NCBI GenBank assembly: GCA_964641335.1
Contig: CAZXLG010000001.1
Span: 1-56,301 of the forward strand
Reading direction: 5' to 3'
DNA from: an uncultured Paracholeplasma sp.
GTDB lineage: Bacteria; Bacillota_I; Bacilli_A; Acholeplasmatales; UBA5453
DNA: 56,301 bases
Part shown: positions 47,795 to 56,301 of the stretch, piece after piece
Layout of the letters: each line of letters begins with the position of its first letter
Numbering within the stretch: the first letter of the stretch is position 1
Notes under the pieces: generated by a model
Told to the model about the DNA's origin: nothing
What the model saw: only the letters and a program-made list of their open reading frames with translations
Database searches by the model: none
Program-made: the position numbers and the translations under genes

Positions 47795-48808
47795 ATGAAA
47801 AATGATGAACGTATCATTTCATCCTTAGCGATGAAAGAGGATGAAGATCAAACGTTAAGACCCCAAAAATTAAATGAATATATCGGTCAAAAAGATATCA
47901 AAGATATGTTGGATGTCTATATTAAAGCCGCTTTAAAACGTGAAGAATCGTTGGACCATATTTTGTTTTATGGGCCACCAGGATTAGGGAAAACAACACT
48001 CGCGCAAATTGTTGCGAATGAGATGCACGTCAATATGAAAGTCACATCAGGGCCTGCAATCGAACGCAGTGGTGATTTGGCTGCGATTTTAACATCGCTT
48101 GAACCTGGGGATGTCCTATTTATTGATGAAATCCATCGTTTACCCCGTGTGGTTGAAGAAGTCTTGTACGCAGCTATGGAAGACTATGTCATCGATATCG
48201 TGATTGGTAAAGATCAACAATCGAGATCCATTCGTATCGATTTACCCCCATTCACGTTAATTGGTGCGACGACCCGTTTTGGCGATTTGTCCGCCCCATT
48301 AAGAGATCGTTTTGGTGTCGTAATGAGACTCTCTTTTTACAATCAAGATGAATTGGGTTTAATCATTAAACGGACCTCAGTCGTCTATAAAACAGAAATC
48401 AAACCGAATGCAGTGTTTGAATTAGCCAAACGTTCTAGAGGTACACCAAGAATTGCGAACCGTTTATTTAGACGTGTCCGAGATTTCGCTGAAATCATTG
48501 GCGATGGGATTATTACATTAGAAATCACCAACCATGCCTTAGAAAAATTAGGCATTTCATCGAATGGATTGGATCATACCGATAAGCGTTATTTATCGGC
48601 GATTATCGATAAATTCGCTGGGGGTCCTGTTGGATTGGAATCGATTGCTGCGACGATTGGTGAAGAAATAACAACCGTAGAAGATGTCTATGAACCTTAT
48701 TTATTACAAGAAGGATTCATTAAACGTACTGCTAGAGGCCGTATTGCGATGCAAAAAGCGTACGAAGCTTTAGGTAAAAAATACTTAAAAGGATTATTTG
48801 AAGAATGA
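47795..48808 (+). CDS. ruvB: Holliday junction helicase RuvB
   Basis: [43 protein letters not shown]. Confidence 0.98.
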   Translation: MKNDERIISSLAMKEDEDQTLRPQKLNEYIGQKDIKDMLDVYIKAALKREESLDHILFYGPPGLGKTTLAQIVANEMHVNMKVTSGPAIERSGDLAAILTSLEPGDVLFIDEIHRLPRVVEEVLYAAMEDYVIDIVIGKDQQSRSIRIDLPPFTLIGATTRFGDLSAPLRDRFGVVMRLSFYNQDELGLIIKRTSVVYKTEIKPNAVFELAKRSRGTPRIANRLFRRVRDFAEIIGDGIITLEITNHALEKLGISSNGLDHTDKRYLSAIIDKFAGGPVGLESIAATIGEEITTVEDVYEPYLLQEGFIKRTARGRIAMQKAYEALGKKYLKGLFEE

Positions 48809-49821
48809 GAACAGCCGATTTCGATTTTGAGTTACCAGAAAGATTAATCGCTCAACACCCACTAAAAAGCCGTGACGAATCACGCCTTTTTGTTGTTGAT
48901 CGTCAAAAATCGAGCTTTATGCATACACAGTTTAGCCACATTTTAGATGAACTGACAGACCATGATGTACTTGTGATTAATAATACGAAGGTCATGCCGG
49001 CGCGTTTAATTGGGGTTAAAGAAGATACCAACGCTATTATTGAGTTATTATTACTCGAACAAAATGGCGAGGTATGGGATGCTTTAGTCAAACCAGGTAG
49101 ACGTGTAAAAGTAGGGACTAAAATCAGTTTTGGTCAAGGAAAATTGATTGCAACCTGTATTATGGAAAAAGAAGAGGGCATCAAGTCCTTTATATTCAGT
49201 TTTGAAGGTATTTTTTATGAAGTGCTAGATGAACTTGGAGAAATGCCACTGCCCCCTTATATTCATGAAAAACTCGAAGAAAAAGACCGCTATCAAACGG
49301 TCTATGCGAAAGAAATTGGGAGTGCAGCTGCCCCAACCGCAGGCTTGCACTTTACGAAACCACTCTTAGAAAAAATCAGAGCTAAAGGTGTTGAAATCAT
49401 CGAGATTACATTGCATGTGGGGTTAGGAACATTCAGACCCACATCGACCGAAACAATCGAAGATCACCATATGCATGAAGAACTCTATCAAATCACAGAA
49501 CAAGCGGCGTTTAGATTGAATCAAGCCATGGCGTTAAAAAAACGTATTGTTGCGGTTGGAACAACCACGGTCAGAACCCTTGAAAGCAACTATCAAGATG
49601 GTTTTCACCCAGGGGTTTTCCGCACGCGCATATTCATTTATCCAGGGTATACATTTAAAACCATCGGAGCATTGATCACAAACTTCCACTTACCAAAATC
49701 AACACTCATTATGTTGGTCTCAGCGTTTTCTACCAAAGATTTAATACTAAAAGCCTATCAGGAAGCCGTTAAACAACAGTATCGCTTCTTTTCATTTGGC
49801 GATGCGATGTTCATTAAATAA
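48805..49821 (+). CDS. queA: S-adenosylmethionine:tRNA ribosyltransferase-isomerase
   Basis: [40 protein letters not shown]. Confidence 0.97.
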   Translation: MRTADFDFELPERLIAQHPLKSRDESRLFVVDRQKSSFMHTQFSHILDELTDHDVLVINNTKVMPARLIGVKEDTNAIIELLLLEQNGEVWDALVKPGRRVKVGTKISFGQGKLIATCIMEKEEGIKSFIFSFEGIFYEVLDELGEMPLPPYIHEKLEEKDRYQTVYAKEIGSAAAPTAGLHFTKPLLEKIRAKGVEIIEITLHVGLGTFRPTSTETIEDHHMHEELYQITEQAAFRLNQAMALKKRIVAVGTTTVRTLESNYQDGFHPGVFRTRIFIYPGYTFKTIGALITNFHLPKSTLIMLVSAFSTKDLILKAYQEAVKQQYRFFSFGDAMFIK

Positions 49822-49823
49822 AT

Positions 49824-49857
49824 AAATCCATATCACGCCGATATGGATTTTCTTTTT
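49824..49857. terminator. bidirectional terminator
   Basis: AAATCCATATC-ACGCC-GATATGGATTT-TCTTTTT. Confidence 0.8.
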
Positions 49858-50668
49858 ATATAATGAAGAATGAAATGAACGCGATGAAGCCAACACTCAC
49901 ACAGTATATTCCAAAATAGAATAAGTGTTTGATTTGAAGTCGTTTCATCACAAAATAAGCTGCTACATAGGTAGTTACTAAGGTAAAACCGAATGCGAGA
50001 AGATACCCTACCCAGTCAATCGACTCGGTTTGAGAACTCAAGTCCACTAGGGATAGTAACGATGCAGGAATGGATACAATGATATAGCATAAGAAGGAGA
50101 ATTTTAATAGTGATTTTAAAGAGAGTTTTTGAGATAAACCACCAATGATGGTTGATCCACTGCGGGATACGCCTGGAAAAATAGCAATACTTTGTGTTAA
50201 ACCAATGAAAAGGGCATCTTTATATGTAACTTCATCATGGGTTTCAGATTGATTTCTAAAACGGTAAATCACCAATAATAATGTGCCTGTTAGTACCAAT
50301 GCTAACCCGACAAACCATAGGCTTTTAATCGAACCAACCCAATCTTTTAGAATGAATCCAGCAATGCCAATAGGAATAACAGCAATCATCAATTTAAGAA
50401 CATATTCAAAGTCACTTTTAGCCGATATATCCTTTTTAAAGAGAAACTTAAAGGTTTGTGTAATTAGTCTTAAAATATCTTTATAAAATAAAACCATCAT
50501 CGCAATCAATGAAGCCATATTGGTGAACATTTCAAAGGCCAATCCAGGTTGTTTTAAATTGAAAATATATTGAAACAAGACTAAATGTCCAGAAGACGAT
50601 ATGGGTAATATCTCTGTAAATCCTTGGATAATCCCTAACAAAATATACTTAATCCAATCGATAAACAT
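49856..50668 (-). CDS. uppP: undecaprenyl-diphosphate phosphatase
   Basis: QGFTEILPISSSGH and PGVSRSGST signature motifs; polytopic membrane protein. Confidence 0.93.
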   Translation of the reverse strand: MFIDWIKYILLGIIQGFTEILPISSSGHLVLFQYIFNLKQPGLAFEMFTNMASLIAMMVLFYKDILRLITQTFKFLFKKDISAKSDFEYVLKLMIAVIPIGIAGFILKDWVGSIKSLWFVGLALVLTGTLLLVIYRFRNQSETHDEVTYKDALFIGLTQSIAIFPGVSRSGSTIIGGLSQKLSLKSLLKFSFLCYIIVSIPASLLSLVDLSSQTESIDWVGYLLAFGFTLVTTYVAAYFVMKRLQIKHLFYFGIYCVSVGFIAFISFFII

Positions 50669-50796
50669 AGTAATCTCCTTTTTTTCATAACTACACTAAC
50701 TATAACATAAAAACCAAATATTTGTGTCATAGAAATGGTATATTTACTTGTAAAAACAAGTCTAGCCACGTATAATCATACTGAAGGGGTGTTCAC

Positions 50797-51159
50797 ATGT
50801 TAGCCACTTATCAACTCGACAACTTTACCATCCTTGCTATTATATCAATCGCATCGTTGGTAGTACTTGTCAGTTTAAATGCGTATTTAAGAAAAAGAAA
50901 ACCAAAAACGTTTGATCGAACTCAAATTGATCCAAAATTCATTCTCGATTTAAAAAATGCATTTGGATTTGATAATTTAATCTCTACTAAGGTAGAACAC
51001 GAAAGGGTAAAATTTACTGTAAATAATATCAAGACAGTTAATTTTGAAACCTTAAAGACATTATCGAATAAAGGCGTATTCGTTAAAGGTAAAGAAATCA
51101 CCATGACCTTTGATTATGAGCCGAAACATATTAAGAAATTACTAGAAAAAGGAGTTTAA
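50797..51159 (+). CDS. single-TM protein with a degenerate PTS EIIB(Glc)-like domain
   Basis: AFGFDNLISTKVEHERVKFTVNNIKTVNFETLKTLSNKGVFVKGKEITMTF parallels EIIB 'ALGGKENI...CITRLR..V.D...VD...LK.LGA.GV'. No Cys in the protein; adjacent to HPr. Confidence 0.55.
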   Translation: MLATYQLDNFTILAIISIASLVVLVSLNAYLRKRKPKTFDRTQIDPKFILDLKNAFGFDNLISTKVEHERVKFTVNNIKTVNFETLKTLSNKGVFVKGKEITMTFDYEPKHIKKLLEKGV

Positions 51160-51161
51160 CT

Positions 51162-51437
51162 ATGGAAAAATCATTTAAAGTTATCGCAGAAAATGGTATT
51201 CACGCGAGACCTGCTACCAATTTAGTCACATTAGCAAACCGTTTCAAATCCGACATTTGGTTAATTGCCAACCAAAAAGCTGTCGATATGAAGTCCATTA
51301 TGGGCGTCATGTCATTGGGTATCTATCGACATGCCGAATTCACCATTCGCATTCAAGGTGAGGATGAAGTACTCGCGATGGATGCGATTACTGAATTACT
51401 CATGAAGGATAATTTAGGGTTACCACTTAATGTCTAA
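51162..51437 (+). CDS. ptsH: phosphocarrier protein HPr
   Basis: GIHARPA (His15), KSIMGVMSLG (Ser46), GEDE. Confidence 0.92.
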   Translation: MEKSFKVIAENGIHARPATNLVTLANRFKSDIWLIANQKAVDMKSIMGVMSLGIYRHAEFTIRIQGEDEVLAMDAITELLMKDNLGLPLNV

Positions 51438-52287
51438 GTTTAAAACCGTGATTGGTGGTTTTTTCATCGGACTAGCCAACATCATTCCCGGCGTTAGCGG
51501 TGGGACCATGGCTGTCATTTTTGGTATCTATGAAACGCTCATTAATGGCGTTTTATCCATTTTTAAAACCCCTATTAAAACCCTTAAAGTGCTGTTTCCG
51601 ATTATTCTTGGCTTAGCGATTGGTATTGTTTTTGGGGTCTTTGTTATCGATTTTGGGTATCGTGAAGTCCCTTTATTAACAACACTCGTGTTTATCGGAC
51701 TGATTTTAGGTGGGGCAAAGCCCATTTATAAGAAAGTCACAAACTTCGATACAAAGCACATGGTGGTATTTTTATTAGCCTTCATCTTGATGATTGCCTT
51801 GCCATTACTCAACTCCAATCTAACAGTTCATACGGGCTGGGTTTACTATGTTGTCTTAGTACTGGTTGGATTCATCGCCATGGGTACGATGATTGCACCA
51901 GGAATCAGTGGGTCGATGGTGTTATTATTATTGGGTTATTACACCCATGTATTAGGCTTAGCTAAAGGCGGGATTGAAGCCGTATTTACATTGGACATGC
52001 CGCGTTTATTCCAACTTATTCCACCTATTTTTATGTTTGTTTTAGGTGCTGCCATCGGACTCGTTGTTTTTTCAAAACTCATCTCTATTGTGATGAAACG
52101 CTATGAATCGATGTTTTACGTGGCTATTTTTGGATTATTGGTATCCAGTCCAATATCGATTTTAATTGTTTTAAATCAAAACCAACCATTGAATACCTTT
52201 GGATTACTTGAAATTGTTTCAGGTATTATTTTATGTATAGGAGCCGCATACTTATCGTATGTGATAATTAAAAAGAGTGAGAACTAA
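51430..52287 (+). CDS. DUF368 family membrane protein (putative undecaprenyl-phosphate translocase)
   Basis: Duplicated motifs IIPGVSGGT and IAPGISGS in a polytopic membrane protein. Confidence 0.85.
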   Translation: MSKFKTVIGGFFIGLANIIPGVSGGTMAVIFGIYETLINGVLSIFKTPIKTLKVLFPIILGLAIGIVFGVFVIDFGYREVPLLTTLVFIGLILGGAKPIYKKVTNFDTKHMVVFLLAFILMIALPLLNSNLTVHTGWVYYVVLVLVGFIAMGTMIAPGISGSMVLLLLGYYTHVLGLAKGGIEAVFTLDMPRLFQLIPPIFMFVLGAAIGLVVFSKLISIVMKRYESMFYVAIFGLLVSSPISILIVLNQNQPLNTFGLLEIVSGIILCIGAAYLSYVIIKKSEN

Positions 52288-52873
52288 AAAAGTTAAACAG
52301 GCGTATGACGCCATTCATCAATCCAATTTAATCATTACCACACCACAGATCATTAAAGCAAACTTACCATTGGTTTTAGAAGTCGGTAGTGGTAAAGGCA
52401 AATTCATCACTGAACTTGCCAAATTACATAGTGACTTACATTTTGTTGCTTTTGAAAAAGACATTAATGTGTGTTACCGTATTTTAGAAAAACAAGAAGC
52501 ATTATTGTTACCCAATTTAACGATTGTTCAAGATGATGCAAATGCGTTATTATCGTATTTTGATCCTAAAAGTGTATCAAAAATCTATCTTAACTTCAGT
52601 GATCCGTGGCCGAAGAAACGTCATCACAAAAGACGTTTAACAGCAGAGAGTTATTTGAAGATGTATGAAACCATCTTGATTGAAGGTGGCGAACTTGAAT
52701 TTAGAACCGATTTTGAGCCTTTGTATCAAGATTCATTGGAATATTTAACCACTTCACGGTTCGATGTGTATTGGGCTAATACCCAGTGTGAAGAACGTGA
52801 AGCGGTGTCTGAATATGAAGAAAAGAAGCGAAAGGAAAGCCCAATTTATGGGTTTAAGGCGAAATTAAAATGA
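52277..52873 (+). CDS. trmB: tRNA (guanine-N7)-methyltransferase
   Basis: LEVGSGKG, NFSDPWPKKRHHKRRL, FRTD, SEYEEK. Confidence 0.95.
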   Translation: MRTKKVKQAYDAIHQSNLIITTPQIIKANLPLVLEVGSGKGKFITELAKLHSDLHFVAFEKDINVCYRILEKQEALLLPNLTIVQDDANALLSYFDPKSVSKIYLNFSDPWPKKRHHKRRLTAESYLKMYETILIEGGELEFRTDFEPLYQDSLEYLTTSRFDVYWANTQCEEREAVSEYEEKKRKESPIYGFKAKLK

Positions 52874-53934
52874 TTAAGTTTGATCCGATTTATGAAAAAC
52901 TCATGAGTGCATTTGGAATTTCAGCGTATGAACACAACGTTTTCCAAATCATTTTGAATGAAATGCGTAAATATCCAAATTATGAGATAGAAGTCGATAA
53001 TATCGGTTCTATTTTCGCAGTAAAAAAATCCAAGATTAACCATGCTAAAACTGTCATGGTTGCAGGACATATGGATGAAGTTGGTTTGATGATTTCTGAC
53101 ATTTTACCCAACGGAGCCATCAAAGTCATTCCGATTGGTGGATTGGTTGCTGAAGTATTTATTTCACAAAAACTATATGCCGAAACTAAAAATGGATTAG
53201 TCCCAGGAATCATTGGATCTGTTCCTCCACATCTATCGAAAAACCAAGCGGCAGATTTTCCAGATTTAATCTTTGATATAGGTGCGAAATCCAAAGAAGA
53301 CGTCTTGAACGCGGGCGTGAATGTCGGAGATATGGTATTACCAAAAAACGATTTTGAATTCAATTATGACCAAACCAAAGTCATGTCAAAAGCAGTAGAC
53401 AACCGCTGGGGTTGTGGTATGGCTTTAGAAATCATCCGCGATTTCCACGATATTGATTTACCATTTAACTTAGTCGTTGGTGCCACCGTCCAAGAAGAAG
53501 TCGGCTTACGAGGAGCGGGTACCGCTGTATTTAAATTTAAACCTGATTTTTTCCTGGCTTTAGATGCTTCTCCACTTAATGATTTAGCCGATCCAAAAGC
53601 ATCTGGAAAAATGGGCGATGGTTTCTTAATTCGTTTGTTTGACCCAAGAAATATCATGGCTCCACGCTTATTTAGATACTTTAAAGACCTCGCAAGTGAA
53701 CATCATATCAAGCATCAAGTTTATATCGCTAAAGGCGGTACTGATGCTGCCAGAGCCTTAGATTCAAATGATGGTATCATCGCGACCACGATTGGCTTAC
53801 CAGCGCGATATATTCACTCCACAGTAGCGATGTTTGACCTATCTGACCATGAATCAGCCTGGCTCATGGTGCGCGCATTACTCAAAGATTTAACCAACGA
53901 GAAAATTGCTAAACTACAAAATCCACTGTTATAA
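52870..53934 (+). CDS. M42 family aminopeptidase
   Basis: AGHMDEVG, KAVDNR, QEEVGLRGA, GGTDA, RYIHS. Confidence 0.93.
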   Translation: MIKFDPIYEKLMSAFGISAYEHNVFQIILNEMRKYPNYEIEVDNIGSIFAVKKSKINHAKTVMVAGHMDEVGLMISDILPNGAIKVIPIGGLVAEVFISQKLYAETKNGLVPGIIGSVPPHLSKNQAADFPDLIFDIGAKSKEDVLNAGVNVGDMVLPKNDFEFNYDQTKVMSKAVDNRWGCGMALEIIRDFHDIDLPFNLVVGATVQEEVGLRGAGTAVFKFKPDFFLALDASPLNDLADPKASGKMGDGFLIRLFDPRNIMAPRLFRYFKDLASEHHIKHQVYIAKGGTDAARALDSNDGIIATTIGLPARYIHSTVAMFDLSDHESAWLMVRALLKDLTNEKIAKLQNPLL

Positions 53935-53957
53935 TAAAAAGAAAAGGAGGATTTTTT

Positions 53958-54803
53958 ATGCAATATAAAACCCTATCGAATGGTGTATCCATGCCGATGT
54001 TAGGCTTGGGCACGTTTAAAGTCTCTGAAGGCGAAGCATACGACACCGTCTTAGAAGCCTTAAAATTAGGGTATCGTCATATCGATACAGCACAAATTTA
54101 TGGCAATGAAGCCTCGGTTGGTAAAGCCATTAAAGATTCTGGAATCAGACGCGAAGAAATTTTTGTAACAACTAAATTATCCCCAATCAACTTGGGGTAT
54201 GAAGAAGCTAAGAAAGAACTCTTAATTTCACTTGAGAAATTAGGACTAGACTATGTAGATTTATACTTAGTTCACTGGCCAAGCCCATCGGATGCGCTTA
54301 ACCAAGCGACTTGGCGTGGGATGGAAGAAGTATATGATCAAAAACTCGCCAGAGCAATCGGGGTATCGAATTTTAAAATCCACCATATAGATGCTTTAAT
54401 GAAAACAGCGAGAATTAAACCAATGGCAGATCAAATTGAGCTACACCCTGGTTTGTATCAATTGCCGATGCAAAAATACCTTGAAGAAAAGAACATCGCA
54501 CTGATATCCTATGGGCCATTCATGAAAGGTGAACTATTCATTGAAGACGGTCCTTATTATCCAGTATTAAAATCGATTGCTGACCAGTATCAAAAGACGG
54601 TAGCTCAAGTAGTCATCGCTTGGGGATTAAAACGTGGAATCTTCATGATACCCAAATCAGTAACCCCTAAACGCTTAAAAGAAAACTTTGAAGCGAAAGA
54701 TTTAGTGCTTTCTGACGACGATGTTAAACGCATCAATGGCCTCAATCGTGGTAGACGTGTATACACGGACCCAGATAATAATTCCTTTGTAAAACAAGCT
54801 TAA
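53958..54803 (+). CDS. aldo/keto reductase
   Basis: GYRHIDTAQIY, DLYLVHWP, IGVSNF, IPKSVTP. Confidence 0.94.
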   Translation: MQYKTLSNGVSMPMLGLGTFKVSEGEAYDTVLEALKLGYRHIDTAQIYGNEASVGKAIKDSGIRREEIFVTTKLSPINLGYEEAKKELLISLEKLGLDYVDLYLVHWPSPSDALNQATWRGMEEVYDQKLARAIGVSNFKIHHIDALMKTARIKPMADQIELHPGLYQLPMQKYLEEKNIALISYGPFMKGELFIEDGPYYPVLKSIADQYQKTVAQVVIAWGLKRGIFMIPKSVTPKRLKENFEAKDLVLSDDDVKRINGLNRGRRVYTDPDNNSFVKQA

Positions 54804-54829
54804 ATGCACCGGTTTGGTGCATTTTTTTT
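54802..54829 (+). terminator. intrinsic terminator
   Basis: AAATGCACC-GGTTT-GGTGCATTT-TTTTT. Confidence 0.85.
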
Positions 54830-54928
54830 GTATTTTTGAAAGAAAAAGTGTAGATAGCGTTTATAAAAAATGCCTTCTTTAGAAGAAACTGACAATAATG
54901 ACCATATCCTAGGCTAAAAAACAGCAGA

Positions 54929-56023
54929 ATTCAAAAATTAGATGGGTCATTCGTTAAGATCGCGTCATGGGAAGGTGTACCAGCGAAACAATACGCTTCC
55001 ATGATTACGGGTTTACATGTTGAAAACGTCAAAATCATCGGTGAAGGCGTTTTTGATGGTAACGCTCAAAACGGTGATTGGTGGGTAAACCATAAAATCA
55101 TGCGTGGGGCGTGGCGTCCGAATGGTCTATTTTTAGTCCATTCTAAAGCAGTCTCTTTACAAGGTGTGACCATTAAAAATACTCCGTCTTGGAATTTACA
55201 CCCATATTTTTCAGAAAAAATTGACTTTATTGATTTAAAGATAGAATCACCGAAAGACTCTCCGAATACCGATGGTTGTGATCCGGAATCCTGTAAGGAT
55301 GTTCGAATCATTGGGGTTAATTTTTCTGTAGGCGACGATTGTATTGCCTTAAAATCAGGAAAAATTGAATTAGGCAGAACCTATAAACAACCATGTGAAC
55401 GTGTATTAATACGTAATTGCATGATGAAATATGGACACGGGGCTGTGGTGTTGGGTTCAGAAATGTCAGGTGGGATGAAAGATATTGAAGTTTCACAATG
55501 TTTTTTCTTAGATACCGATCGTGGATTGCGTATAAAAACCCGACGTGGTCGTGGTAATGATGCAGTCATCGATGGCATTACATTCAACAACATTTACATG
55601 AAAGGTGTGCTCACACCGCTTGTGATGAATATGTATTATTACTGTGACGATGACGGAAAAACCGAATATGTATGGTCGAAAAACGTTTTACCAATCGATG
55701 ATCGTACCCCATATTTAGGCCGATTCACATTTAAAAACATGGTATGTGACGACGTCCATGTCGCCGCTGGATTTTTCTATGGACTTCCTGAACAACCCAT
55801 TAAAAAAATTGAACTTGAAAATATTCAATTCAACTATGCTGAGATTGCACAACCAGGGATACCAGCAATGATGAGTTTTGAAGAACCAAGAACAAAACAA
55901 GGCTTATATTTTAACTTTGTAGATGAAGTATGTATTAAAAATGTGTCCATCAAAGGACAACAAGGGGAAGCTATCCATCTCGAACACGTTAAAAAAGAGA
56001 AAATCTCGGATATTACCTTGTAA
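54929..56023 (+). pseudogene. GH28 polygalacturonase, apparently 5'-truncated
   Basis: NTD, GDD, GHG and RIK catalytic motifs are intact. Coding-like sequence continues upstream of ATG 55001 (IQKLDGSFVKIASWEGVPAKQYAS) without an ATG/GTG/TTG start before TGA at 54899-54901. The usual N-terminal 'FGA.GDG..DDT.AIQ' segment is absent. Confidence 0.65.
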
Positions 56024-56084
56024 AACAGTGAAGTTTGCACTAAAATAGAGATGAGTGTCTATCATATTGAACGGGGGACAACAA

Positions 56085-56301
56085 ATGCAACAACCAATTT
56101 TACAACAAATCATGGATTCAGGGGTCGTCGCAGTCGTTCGTGCACAAACCAAAGAAGAAGCGCTAAATATCGCTTTGTCATGCATTAAAGGCGGGCTCAA
56201 GGCCATTGAATTAACTTTTACGGTGCCGAAAGCAGATGAAGTCATGGCTTATTTGGCACAAACAATACCTGCAGACCAACTCATTCTTGGGGCTGGGACT
56301 G
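56085..56301 (+). CDS. eda: KDPG/KHG aldolase, 3'-partial (runs off the window; not in the ORF track)
   Basis: MQQPILQQIMDSGVVAVVRAQTKEEALNIALSCIKGGLKAIELTFTVP...ILGAGT; GGGGG RBS. Confidence 0.9.
   Translation, partial: MQQPILQQIMDSGVVAVVRAQTKEEALNIALSCIKGGLKAIELTFTVPKADEVMAYLAQTIPADQLILGAGT

Noticed and set aside
1609-55900. Numerous 60-163 aa ORFs nested in or antisense to long genes (e.g. 24495-24986, 52980-53363, 12027-12386)
   Set aside because: They overlap well-supported genes, have no recognisable motifs, and show the composition typical of shadow frames.
55904-56245. 113 aa minus-strand ORF
   Set aside because: It is the antisense shadow of eda and the GH28 3' end.
1-56301. CRISPR array, IS/transposase, prophage, tRNA/rRNA, or UGA=Trp recoding
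   Set aside because: No periodic repeat-spacer pattern, transposase/integrase motifs or structural RNA genes were recognised. Conserved genes end at TGA and use TGG for Trp.

Overview
56.3 kb of low-GC bacterial chromosome using the standard code (TGA = stop, Trp = TGG). The Firmicute-like gene order with cell-shape genes missing suggests Acholeplasmatales, i.e. wall-less Mollicutes; this taxon is an inference. (1) 1-9060 is the most unusual locus. A degenerate EAL gene is followed by a sigma-70/A promoter and a c-di-GMP-I (GEMM) riboswitch with an overlapping terminator. Then come three paralogous exported proteins (two with SipW-type STFAW signal peptides, all ending in a W[IL]EG[YWF]D motif), a SipW peptidase, a membrane-anchored McrB-like AAA+ NTPase, a DUF2357-like protein with a coiled coil in place of a nuclease, and a second SipW. 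This is a candidate c-di-GMP-induced surface fibre/pilus system with a repurposed McrBC-like module. (2) 9121-21648: a TetR-associated operon with thiolase, SDR reductase, atypical FabH-like enzyme, Liv-type ABC importer, CoA-transferase and two alpha/beta hydrolases, one closely resembling Bacillus PhaZ. It is a candidate PHB/3-hydroxybutyrate-oligomer scavenging pathway. (3) The rest is mostly housekeeping: small alarmone synthetase, namA, csoR-copA-copZ, tig, CIRCE-lon, engB, degV, Val T-box-GNAT-valS-folC, radC, rplU-prp-rpmA-obgE, a ~1200 aa coiled-coil protein, ruvAB-queA, uppP, EIIB-like protein/HPr/DUF368, trmB, M42 peptidase, aldo-keto reductase, a 5'-truncated GH28 gene and the start of eda. 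No rRNA, tRNA, CRISPR array or IS element was recognised. All family assignments come from motif recognition by eye, not database searches.
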